A DNA stretch of 64,000 nt from Prochlorococcus marinus CUG1435. Its GTDB lineage: Bacteria > Cyanobacteriota > Cyanobacteriia > PCC-6307 > Cyanobiaceae. The DNA lies in the NCBI GenBank assembly GCA_017644375.1, contig JAEPLP010000001.1, positions 905,421 through 969,420 of the forward strand. Direction: 5' to 3'. A model generated the notes under the pieces. The model ran no database searches. It saw only the letters and a program-made list of their open reading frames with translations, and was not told the origin of the DNA. The position numbers were made by a program, and so were the translations under genes. This document shows positions 30,802-39,208 of the stretch, piece by piece; the first letter of the stretch is position 1, and each line of letters starts with the position of its first letter.

Positions 30802-31335
30802 TTAATAAGCATCCTGCAATTCATAGAAGTCTGGCTGAATATAATCTTTTCTCAATGGCCAACCTCTCCAATCTTCAGGCATTAAGAGCCTTTTCGGATT
30901 TGGATGGTCAATAAAATTTATTCCATACATGTCATAAGTTTCTCTTTCTTGCCAATCGCTCCCTTTAAAAATTTTATACAAACTAGGGATTGATAAATCA
31001 GAATCTCTTTTTAAAAAGACTTTTAATCTGACTTCTTTAATTTTTTCAATTATTTGTATGTCATCGACAGTTATAAAGTGATAGAAACTTACAAGGTTTT
31101 TACCTGGTCCTTCATCATAGCCACCTTGACATTGAAGATAGTTGAAACCGTAATTCTTTAAGGCAGATACTGCTTCATATAATTTGCTAGGTTCCACAGA
31201 AATGTTTTCAATTCCTATGTGATCATCAGATAAAGATTGATTTGGAATTCCATCTTTAGACAAAGATTGGCTTATAAACCCTTCTTTTTCTATTGAAGTA
31301 TCTGAGGATGTGGCTGTACCGTCTTTTTCCATCAA
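30802..31335 (-). CDS. ndhJ: NAD(P)H-quinone oxidoreductase subunit J
   Basis: 177 aa, NuoC-like (ERE.YDM.GI.F..HP). It is the last gene of a same-strand ndhC-ndhK-ndhJ cluster. Confidence 0.95.
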   Translation of the reverse strand: MMEKDGTATSSDTSIEKEGFISQSLSKDGIPNQSLSDDHIGIENISVEPSKLYEAVSALKNYGFNYLQCQGGYDEGPGKNLVSFYHFITVDDIQIIEKIKEVRLKVFLKRDSDLSIPSLYKIFKGSDWQERETYDMYGINFIDHPNPKRLLMPEDWRGWPLRKDYIQPDFYELQDAY

Positions 31336-32066
31336 TCTTCTACAGGATTAATAATTTCAGTTTTTTCGGTATCTTCAGGTAATTCGGTTATTTTTTCTTT
31401 TGTGGAGGGGGTTATTACGTTAGCTGAAGTTTTGTTTAGATATTCACCTGTATTTTCAGAGAAAACGAGATTCATTTCATGATCAGATGTTATGTATCTG
31501 TGAGTTTGCTCTGTTTTTGTGCGCTCTAAAATTGATTCATTACCAACTTTTTTTCTTAATTTAATAACAGCATCAAAAATTGCTTCTGGTCTTGGTGGAC
31601 ATCCTGGAAGGTATAAATCAACTGGTATCAATTTATCAACTCCTCTTACAGCAGTTGTAGAATCTGCGCTGAACATTCCGCCTGTGATTGTGCAAGCACC
31701 CATGGCAATCACATATTTTGGTTCAGGCATTTGTTCATAAAGTCTTACAAGCGCGGGTGCCATCTTCATTGTTACTGTCCCTGCAACTATTATTAGATCT
31801 GCTTGCCGTGGTGAGCTTCTAGGTACTAATCCAAATCTATCAAAATCAAATCTTGATCCAATTAAGGCAGCAAATTCTATAAAACAACAAGCTGTTCCGT
31901 ATAAGAGAGGCCATAGACTGCTTAGTCTGGCCCAATTATGAAGATCGTCTAAGCTTGTCAATATAATATTTTCGCTTAAATCTGTAGTAACTTGGGGTGC
32001 CCCAAGAGGGTTGCAAGTCCCTTCTCGAATTTCTCTTATTGCTTTTGGGGATAATTGTGGGTTCAA
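31332..32066 (-). CDS. ndhK: NAD(P)H-quinone oxidoreductase subunit K
   Basis: NuoB-like Fe-S cysteines ([20 protein letters not shown]). There is a 4-nt overlap with ndhJ. Confidence 0.95.
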   Translation of the reverse strand: MNPQLSPKAIREIREGTCNPLGAPQVTTDLSENIILTSLDDLHNWARLSSLWPLLYGTACCFIEFAALIGSRFDFDRFGLVPRSSPRQADLIIVAGTVTMKMAPALVRLYEQMPEPKYVIAMGACTITGGMFSADSTTAVRGVDKLIPVDLYLPGCPPRPEAIFDAVIKLRKKVGNESILERTKTEQTHRYITSDHEMNLVFSENTGEYLNKTSANVITPSTKEKITELPEDTEKTEIINPVED

Positions 32067-32070
32067 TTTT

Positions 32071-32433
32071 TTAACTCCATTCTAAAGCACCTTTTCTCCA
32101 TGCGTATGCTAAGGCAATAACAAGTATTGCTATGAAGATTAAAGCCTCAATAAAAGCTAATAAGCCTAATCTATTGAAGGCAACAGCCCAAGGATAAAGG
32201 AATACTGTCTCAACATCAAATATAACGAAAACCAAGGCAAACATGTAATAACGAATATTAAATTGAATCCATGCTCCCCCAATAGGCTCCATTCCAGATT
32301 CATATGTAAGTTTTCTTTCCCCTGTTCTGCCTTTTGGGGCAACGATGAGATTAGTAACTAGAGCTAATACTGGAACAGCTGCGGCAATTAGAAGAAAACC
32401 TAAAAAGTATTCATAGCCAGTTAATAAAAACAT
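32071..32433 (-). CDS. ndhC: NAD(P)H-quinone oxidoreductase subunit 3
   Basis: 120 aa, 3 TM segments, YESG.EP and FD.E..F.YPW motifs. Confidence 0.95.
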   Translation of the reverse strand: MFLLTGYEYFLGFLLIAAAVPVLALVTNLIVAPKGRTGERKLTYESGMEPIGGAWIQFNIRYYMFALVFVIFDVETVFLYPWAVAFNRLGLLAFIEALIFIAILVIALAYAWRKGALEWS

Positions 32434-32510
32434 CTTAAAAAATTAATTTTGAATAAAAGTCGCTTAATTAAGCAAAATCTTTTAAAGTTCTTAAAGAACA
32501 ATAATAAACC

Positions 32511-32939
32511 GTGAGTGAAAACATTCAACCAGCCTCTGAGGAAAACAAAATAGTTGAAGACTTTCAGAAAGAAGACCTTTCTGAAAACTCCACAGGAGTA
32601 AATGTTGAAAAACCTACTCTTAATTTAGAACAAAATAGATTCGAATGTAGAAGTTGTGGATACATTTATGATCCGTCTGAAGGAAATAAAAAATTAAACA
32701 TACCTAAAAATACTCCTTTTTCAGAGTTAGATGGGAATACCTTCGCATGCCCTGTTTGTCGAGCTGGTAAAAATTTTTATAAGGATATAGGTCCTAAATC
32801 TAAACCTAGTGGTTTTGAAGAAAATTTAGTTTATGGGTTTGGTTTTAATAGTTTACCTCCTGGACAAAAAAACATATTGATTTTTGGAGGTCTGGCGTTT
32901 GCGGCTGCAATGTTTCTTTCTTTGTACTCTTTGCATTAA
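32511..32939 (+). CDS. rubA: Membrane-anchored rubredoxin
   Basis: CxxC...CPxC rubredoxin knuckles (CRSCGYIYD, CPVCRAGK) plus a C-terminal TM helix. GTG start. Conserved position upstream of ycf48. Confidence 0.9.
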   Translation: MSENIQPASEENKIVEDFQKEDLSENSTGVNVEKPTLNLEQNRFECRSCGYIYDPSEGNKKLNIPKNTPFSELDGNTFACPVCRAGKNFYKDIGPKSKPSGFEENLVYGFGFNSLPPGQKNILIFGGLAFAAAMFLSLYSLH

Positions 32940-32948
32940 TATATACAA

Positions 32949-33965
32949 ATGAAAAAAATTATTACTAGTATTCCCAATCTTCTTTTATCAGTTCTTATTT
33001 GTTTTGTATTGAGCAGTTGTTCATCTACAGGAGTAAAGATGAGTGATAGCAGCCCTTGGAAAACAATTCAGTTTGAGGACCAGGCTAATGCTTTAGATGT
33101 TGATTTTATAGATGATAAAAATGGATTTTTAGTAGGTTCTAATAGACTTATTATGGAGTCTAATGATGGAGGTGAAACTTGGGAAAAAAGAAATTTAGAT
33201 TTACCTAGTGAAGAGAACTTTCGTCTTCTAGATATAGATTTTAAAGGGGAAGAGGGATGGTTAATAGGTCAGCCTTCATTAGTTATGCATACACTTGATG
33301 CAGGAAAGAATTGGACACGCCTATCTCTTGGTAACAAATTACCAGGCCAACCATTTCTAATAACAACTGTCGATGCTGGTGTTGCAGAATTGGCCACCAC
33401 TGCAGGTGCTATTTATGAAACATCAGATAGTGGCGAATCATGGAATGCAAAAGTTGTAGATGCATCTGGTTCTGGAGGTGTAAGAGATTTAAGAAGAACC
33501 AATAAAGGAGATTATGTCAGTGTAAGCAGTCTAGGTAATTTCTTTTCTACTTTGGAAAATGACAGTGATGCATGGATAGCTCATCAAAGAGCCAGTAGCA
33601 AAAGAGTTCAAAGTATTGGTTTTAATCCAGAAGGAAGTTTATGGATGCTTTCTAGAGGCGCAGAAATTAGATTTAATGAAGATACTAATGATCTAGAAAA
33701 TTGGTCAAAGCCTATTATACCAATTCTTAATGGATACAATTATCTAGACATGGGGTGGGATCCAAATGGTGATATATGGGCTGGCGGGGGTAATGGAACT
33801 TTAATAGTAAGTAAAGATCAAGGAAAAACTTGGAATAAAGATCCTATTGCTTCTGAATTGCCTACAAACTACATTAAAATAGTTTTTCTCGATAAGGATG
33901 CTTTAGACAATCAAAAAGGATTTGTACTAGGCGAGCGTGGTTATATCCTTAAATGGAATAGCTAA
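32949..33965 (+). CDS. ycf48: Photosystem II assembly/stability factor Ycf48 (HCF136 homolog)
   Basis: 338 aa with a lipoprotein-type signal (LSSCSS) and beta-propeller repeats (DGG.TW, D.G..W). Confidence 0.9.
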   Translation: MKKIITSIPNLLLSVLICFVLSSCSSTGVKMSDSSPWKTIQFEDQANALDVDFIDDKNGFLVGSNRLIMESNDGGETWEKRNLDLPSEENFRLLDIDFKGEEGWLIGQPSLVMHTLDAGKNWTRLSLGNKLPGQPFLITTVDAGVAELATTAGAIYETSDSGESWNAKVVDASGSGGVRDLRRTNKGDYVSVSSLGNFFSTLENDSDAWIAHQRASSKRVQSIGFNPEGSLWMLSRGAEIRFNEDTNDLENWSKPIIPILNGYNYLDMGWDPNGDIWAGGGNGTLIVSKDQGKTWNKDPIASELPTNYIKIVFLDKDALDNQKGFVLGERGYILKWNS

Positions 33966-34101
33966 TTTTAAATAACTCGAGTTAATAGTAAAAAAAAAAT
34001 TAATTTTTGAAAGATTTAGCAACTGTCTGTAACCAACCTGTTAATTTCTTCGCGAACTTATGATTTTACACTGTAAGATCATAAGGTAAACATTTGTGAT
34101 T

Positions 34102-34350
34102 ATGGCCGCAGGTTCAACGGGTGAACGCCCATTCTTTGAAATAATCACCAGTATTAGATACTGGATTATTCATGCAGTAACATTACCAGCTATCTTTATA
34201 GCAGGCTTCTTATTTGTATATACAGGCTTAGCCTACGATGCTTTCGGAACTCCTCGTCCAGATAGTTATTTCCAATCATCTGAATCTAAAGCACCTGTCG
34301 TAACACAAAGATATGAAGCTAAATCTCAACTAGATTTAAGAACAAAATAA
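34102..34350 (+). CDS. psbE: Cytochrome b559 alpha subunit
   Basis: [32 protein letters not shown]... with the heme-ligand His. ATG 34102 is preferred over the ORF-track GTG 34096. Confidence 0.95.
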
Positions 34351-34352
34351 CA

Positions 34353-34499
34353 ATGACTAATTCTCAAGCTCCAATGCAGGCTGCGGAAGTCCGCGTTTAT
34401 CCTATATTTACTGTACGTTGGTTAGCAGTTCACGCTCTAGCTATTCCATCAGTATTCTTTTTAGGTTCCATTGCTGCTATGCAATTCGTAGCCCGATAA
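34353..34499 (+). CDS. psbF: Cytochrome b559 beta subunit (not in ORF track)
   Basis: Hand translation: [48 protein letters not shown]. Confidence 0.95.
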
Positions 34500-34510
34500 A
34501 TTTAAAAATC

Positions 34511-34630
34511 ATGCAAGTAAACGAAAATCCTAACAAAGTTCCAGTTGAACTTAATCGTACAAGCCTTTATTTAGGCTTACTATCAGTCTTTGTATTGGGA
34601 ATTTTATTTTCCAGTTACTTTTTCAATTAA
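34511..34630 (+). CDS. psbL: Photosystem II protein L
   Basis: [39 protein letters not shown]. This is the internal Met of ORF 34418..34630. Confidence 0.95.
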
Positions 34631-34639
34631 ATTAAAACT

Positions 34640-34837
34640 ATGAGTAAATTAAAAGGACCTGATGGAAGAATTCCAGATAGACTTCCCGACGGTAGACCAG
34701 CAGTTGCATGGGAAAGAAGATGGACTGAAGGAACTCTTCCTCTATGGCTTGTTGCTACAGCAGGTGGAATTGCAGTTATCTTCGTTTTAGGAATATTCTT
34801 CTATGGTTCATACCAAGGCGTTGGAGCTGGAGGCTAA
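34640..34837 (+). CDS. psbJ: Photosystem II protein J (long form with a roughly 25-aa N-terminal extension)
   Basis: The C-terminal 40 aa ([33 protein letters not shown]) are canonical PsbJ. It is the fourth gene of psbEFLJ. Confidence 0.9.
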   Translation: MSKLKGPDGRIPDRLPDGRPAVAWERRWTEGTLPLWLVATAGGIAVIFVLGIFFYGSYQGVGAGG

Positions 34838-34879
34838 CAAATCCTTACCTGACCTGCTAATCACTAATATCAAATAAGC

Positions 34880-35773
34880 CTAATAAGAATCTGTAAATAT
34901 CCCAAGTTTCTCTTTTGTAAGGCTTGGGATATTTTCTTTTTGGGTTATTAATCCATCTTTTAATGAAAAATGAGACTTGCTTTTTGGTCTTTCTTTTTCA
35001 ATTAACTTAGCTACTTCAAATATTATTTTATTAGCCACTTCAGTATTTGATTTAAGATTATCCAAAACCATCTCTACAGAAACTTCTTGATGGGTTTGAT
35101 GCCAGCAATCATAATCAGTAACCATAGATAACGAAGAGTAAGCTATTTCAGCTTCTTTAGCTAATCTTGCTTCTGTGTGGTTAGTCATTCCAATTATTGA
35201 ACATCCCCAACTTCTATATAAATTAGATTCTGCTCTAGTGGAGAAAGCGGGACCTTCCATTGCTAGATAGGTACCCCCTCTATGCAATTGTCTACCGCCA
35301 GGAATATTTTTTTCTCCGATTTCACTTAATATACGTGATAAATTAGTGCAGAAGGGATCTCCCATGGTTACGTGTGCGACTGCTCCCTCGTTAAAGAAGG
35401 TTGCAGGTCTATTTTTTGTCCGGTCTATAAATTGATCTGGGACCACTATATCAAGTGGCCTTATCTGTTCTTGTAATGAACCAACCGCTGATGGAGCAAT
35501 AATCCATCTTACTCCTATTGATCTTAGAGCCCAAATATTAGCTTTGTAAGGGATTTCAGAAGGATTTAATCTATGTGTTCTGCCATGTCTAGGAATGAAT
35601 GCTATCTCTAGATTCCCAAGATTATATACTTTTATTGAATCAGAAGGTTTACCATAGGGAGTATCGATTTCTAGTTCTCTTAAGTAATCTATTTGATCCA
35701 TTGAATAAAATCCACTTCCACCAATCACTCCTAATCTTGATTTTTCAATTGGTAATAAATGTTCTTTATTCAT
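34880..35773 (-). CDS. mtnP: S-methyl-5'-thioadenosine phosphorylase
   Basis: GVIGGSGFY, PRHGR.H, GMT...E..LA.E motifs of MTAP/PNP family 2. Confidence 0.9.
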   Translation of the reverse strand: MNKEHLLPIEKSRLGVIGGSGFYSMDQIDYLRELEIDTPYGKPSDSIKVYNLGNLEIAFIPRHGRTHRLNPSEIPYKANIWALRSIGVRWIIAPSAVGSLQEQIRPLDIVVPDQFIDRTKNRPATFFNEGAVAHVTMGDPFCTNLSRILSEIGEKNIPGGRQLHRGGTYLAMEGPAFSTRAESNLYRSWGCSIIGMTNHTEARLAKEAEIAYSSLSMVTDYDCWHQTHQEVSVEMVLDNLKSNTEVANKIIFEVAKLIEKERPKSKSHFSLKDGLITQKENIPSLTKEKLGIFTDSY

Positions 35774-35783
35774 AGTGTTGTAA

Positions 35784-37955
35784 ATGACTTTTAATCATCT
35801 GGTACTAATTGGAGGAGGACACTCAAATGTTTCTTTATTGAAGAAATGGTTAATGTTTCCGAAATTAATGCCAGAAATTCCTGTTTCAATTATATCCAGA
35901 GATTCTCATTTGGTTTATTCGGCAATGTTCCCATCGGTGATTTCAAAATCAATCGCTTTAGAAGAGAGTTTAATTGATATAAAATCTCTAGCAAAAAATG
36001 CAAAAGTATCTTTTATAGAAGAAGAAGTAACGGATATTGATTTCAATTTAAAGAAAATTGTTTTAGGTAAAAGACCTTCAGTTAATTATTCGAAGTTGGT
36101 GATTAATTATGGAAGTCAAACAATAATTCCAAAAGAATTTGAATCACTAGTTAAAAATCGAAATGCTTTTTCAATTAAACCTTTTTTAAGGGCTTATGAA
36201 TCAATACTAAAAGAGGACATTTTTGATTCAGTTAATGAACTTCCATTTGTAATTGTTGGAAGTGGCCTTGCTGCAATTGAAGTATCATATGCTTTAAGAA
36301 AAAGATGGGGAGATAGAGCTTTAAAACTATTATGTGATTCAAGAAAAATTAATAATAAAATTCTAAAAAGTTTACGGAATTCCAATATTGATTTAGTTGA
36401 AAAACTTAATTTTGATCATGGCAAGATTCTGTTATGTACTGGAAATACATCTCCTTTATGGGTACAAAAAAAATTATTAGATTCGGATTCTCATGGCAGA
36501 ATAATCACCAATCAGAATTTGCAGATAAAAAGTTTCTCTGGAATCTTTGCTGTCGGTGATTGTGCAGTTGTAGGTTCAGCAAAAAGACCAGCATCGGGAG
36601 TTTTTGCAGTAAAAGTTGTAAATACATTAGTCCAAAATCTAAAAAAAGATATACAAGGAAGATCATTAAAAAAGTGGTTTCCTCAGAAGATCGGATTGCA
36701 AATAGTAAATATATTTCCAAGTCATCATCCAAAGTCTTTTGCTATTTATCGCAATTTTGTTTTTGGCCCTTCTTTTCTTTTTTGGATTTTAAAGTATAAA
36801 ATTGATCTCAACTTTATTAAAAAGTTCAGATCAAAAAGGTTAATTATGAAAAGTAGTGAAAAAAATATTTCGTTGAATGATTGCAGAGGATGTGCAGCTA
36901 AAATTCCTCAGTTTGTTTTGAATAAATCATTAATTAATTCTAATCTAAATTCTTTCGCCTCATCACCTGAAGATTCAGTTGAGATATATCAAAATGGTCA
37001 AGATATTATCTTGCAAAGTGTAGATGGATTTCCTGCTTTGGTAAGTGATCCTTGGCTTAATGCAAAAATTACTACTTTGCATGCTTGCTCAGATTTGTGG
37101 GCATGCGGAGCAAAACTTTCATCCGCGCAGGCTTTAATTTCATTACCAAAAGTTGAAAGGGAATTTCAGAGTTTCCTCTTTTCTCAATCACTTCAAGGTA
37201 TTAAATCAACGGTTGAGGATCATGGAGGTGAATTACTTGGAGGCCATACTTTCGAGGCAAGAAGTTTAGTAAATAAACCTTATTCATTAGGAATAGATAT
37301 TTCTTTAACAGTTCAAGGCATTTTAAAAAATGGAGCAAAACCATGGCTTAAATCTGGAATGAATATTGGAGATATTCTCATGATGTCTAAACCTCTGGGC
37401 GTTGGGATTTACTTTGCCGGTCAAATGCAAAATATTAATATGCTAGGTAGTTCTTCTGAAATAATTAATAATTTAGTAGAGAGTCAGCAATATTTGATTG
37501 ATGAAATTTATCTTTTTCAAAATCAATTTAAAGAATCATTAGTCAATGCTGCGACAGACATTACTGGATATGGATTTATTGGACATCTTAAAGAAATGGT
37601 TGAATCATCTAATTTATATAGGCAAAGCAATAATCTTGAGCCACTAAAAGTTTTATTAGATTTATTTGCATTTAAAGCTTATCCTGGAGTATTTGATTTA
37701 ATAAGAAAAGACGTTAAAAGTACTTTCTTTGAATCTAATAAAGAAATTTTTGACAAAATTTATAAAGTAAATAAGCAGAAAAGAATAATTAATTTTTTAA
37801 ACGAAAATTCATTAGATCAAAAGACTTTTAACGAGAGAATATCATTACTATTAGATCCTCAAACATGTGGACCCTTGTTGATTAGTTGCAATCGTAAATA
37901 TGAAAATGTTTTAAAGGATAAATGGTACAAGGTTGGAGAGGTTGTAAAAATGTAA
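35784..37955 (+). CDS. selD: Fusion protein: N-terminal FAD/NAD(P)-dependent pyridine nucleotide-disulfide oxidoreductase-like domain plus C-terminal selenide, water dikinase (SelD, Cys type)
   Basis: N-terminal half: LVLIGGGHSN and VIVGSGLAAIE dinucleotide folds. C-terminal half: LNDCRGCAAKIP (SelD Cys/Lys loop) and PurM-like ATP-binding domains. Confidence 0.85.
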   Translation: MTFNHLVLIGGGHSNVSLLKKWLMFPKLMPEIPVSIISRDSHLVYSAMFPSVISKSIALEESLIDIKSLAKNAKVSFIEEEVTDIDFNLKKIVLGKRPSVNYSKLVINYGSQTIIPKEFESLVKNRNAFSIKPFLRAYESILKEDIFDSVNELPFVIVGSGLAAIEVSYALRKRWGDRALKLLCDSRKINNKILKSLRNSNIDLVEKLNFDHGKILLCTGNTSPLWVQKKLLDSDSHGRIITNQNLQIKSFSGIFAVGDCAVVGSAKRPASGVFAVKVVNTLVQNLKKDIQGRSLKKWFPQKIGLQIVNIFPSHHPKSFAIYRNFVFGPSFLFWILKYKIDLNFIKKFRSKRLIMKSSEKNISLNDCRGCAAKIPQFVLNKSLINSNLNSFASSPEDSVEIYQNGQDIILQSVDGFPALVSDPWLNAKITTLHACSDLWACGAKLSSAQALISLPKVEREFQSFLFSQSLQGIKSTVEDHGGELLGGHTFEARSLVNKPYSLGIDISLTVQGILKNGAKPWLKSGMNIGDILMMSKPLGVGIYFAGQMQNINMLGSSSEIINNLVESQQYLIDEIYLFQNQFKESLVNAATDITGYGFIGHLKEMVESSNLYRQSNNLEPLKVLLDLFAFKAYPGVFDLIRKDVKSTFFESNKEIFDKIYKVNKQKRIINFLNENSLDQKTFNERISLLLDPQTCGPLLISCNRKYENVLKDKWYKVGEVVKM

Positions 37956-39203
37956 TTAATTTCTATTTAATTTGTCAATTTCCAAATATCTTAATCTTTT
38001 AATTTCCTTTCCCATCTCCTTCCCTGGGTCCCATCCTTCTTTTTTTAATGTTTCTCCATCTTTTTTTGATTTTATGAATTTGTAAATAAATAACCACTTA
38101 AATAATTTACGCCAGTATGGTCCTCCATCACAAATTAATAATTTGACTGTCTCATCATTAAGGTTTTTGTCCTCAATAAATTCTGTCCAACTTGATGGAG
38201 AAAAATGATTGAAATTTTTTTGGTTTGTATTTAATATCTTTTTGATGTTTATATAATCTTCTAATATTTTTATCTCAGTATTATTTATCAAAAATCTTTG
38301 ACATGCTTTTTCTAAATCTTCTGAATCTTTTAATAAGTAAAGTATATGATTCCCTTTTAACTTCTTTATCCAATTTAGTCCTCTTAAAAATCTTTTATCG
38401 ACTTTAATATTTTCATTTAAGATTGAGATAATTTTCCATTTATGAATTATCGAAATCACATTAGTCAAATTATCGTGTTTGCATATTTCAGCTAGTTCCA
38501 TCCTTATTCGTATGCCTAGTGCAGGAGGGTAAATCATTTTCTGATGATTTTCTGAACTTTTCCATGGCCATTGTCTAACTGTTTCTTGAGATTGTTTAAG
38601 GGAATTATTTGAAATATTGAAATCTAACCTTGAAGCATATTTTGCACATCTAATTAATCTACTTGGATCATCTGAAATACTATTACTATGAAGTAAGTTT
38701 AATCTTTTACTTTTTATATCAGAAATCCCTCCATAAGGATCATATATTTTCCTTGTCGAGACCTCGAAGGCTATTGAATTTATAGTGAAATCTCTCCTCT
38801 TAAGATCCTCCTCAATAGTACTTTTATTTACTGTGGGATTTAAGCCTGGAGCAGAATAAATTTCTTTTCTTGCAGAAGCAATATCAATTTTATAGTTATT
38901 AATATTTATTTCTACAGTGTTGTATAAATTGAATTCCTTGATTAAACATAAATCTACATTTACAATATTTTTTTTTATAAATTTGGCAAGAGAAATAGAG
39001 GATCCTTCAATAACAAGATCAATATCTACAGGTTTAGAAAACGATTTTTTGTGGAATTTACTAATTAATAAATCTCTTAAATAACCGCCAACAAAAGCTA
39101 CTTTAGTATTGTTATTAGATTCTATGTATTTAGCAATTAGGTTATATAGATTAAATGGAGTTTTTATTAATTCACTTTGGATGTAATCAGAGATATCGTT
39201 CAT
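37956..39203 (-). CDS. tRNA nucleotidyltransferase / poly(A) polymerase-family protein (probable CCA-adding enzyme)
   Basis: GGYLRDLL, DIDLV and RRDFTINS motifs. None of the five tRNA genes in this window encodes its 3' CCA, which is consistent with a requirement for this enzyme. Confidence 0.8.
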   Translation of the reverse strand: MNDISDYIQSELIKTPFNLYNLIAKYIESNNNTKVAFVGGYLRDLLISKFHKKSFSKPVDIDLVIEGSSISLAKFIKKNIVNVDLCLIKEFNLYNTVEININNYKIDIASARKEIYSAPGLNPTVNKSTIEEDLKRRDFTINSIAFEVSTRKIYDPYGGISDIKSKRLNLLHSNSISDDPSRLIRCAKYASRLDFNISNNSLKQSQETVRQWPWKSSENHQKMIYPPALGIRIRMELAEICKHDNLTNVISIIHKWKIISILNENIKVDKRFLRGLNWIKKLKGNHILYLLKDSEDLEKACQRFLINNTEIKILEDYINIKKILNTNQKNFNHFSPSSWTEFIEDKNLNDETVKLLICDGGPYWRKLFKWLFIYKFIKSKKDGETLKKEGWDPGKEMGKEIKRLRYLEIDKLNRN

Positions 39204-39208
39204 GAGTT

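Noticed and set aside
32462-32473. Perfect 12-bp palindrome GCTTAATTAAGC in the ndhC-rubA divergent spacer
   Set aside because: By a rough composition-based estimate, dozens of 12-bp perfect palindromes are expected per 64 kb in DNA this AT-rich. It resembles no known operator.
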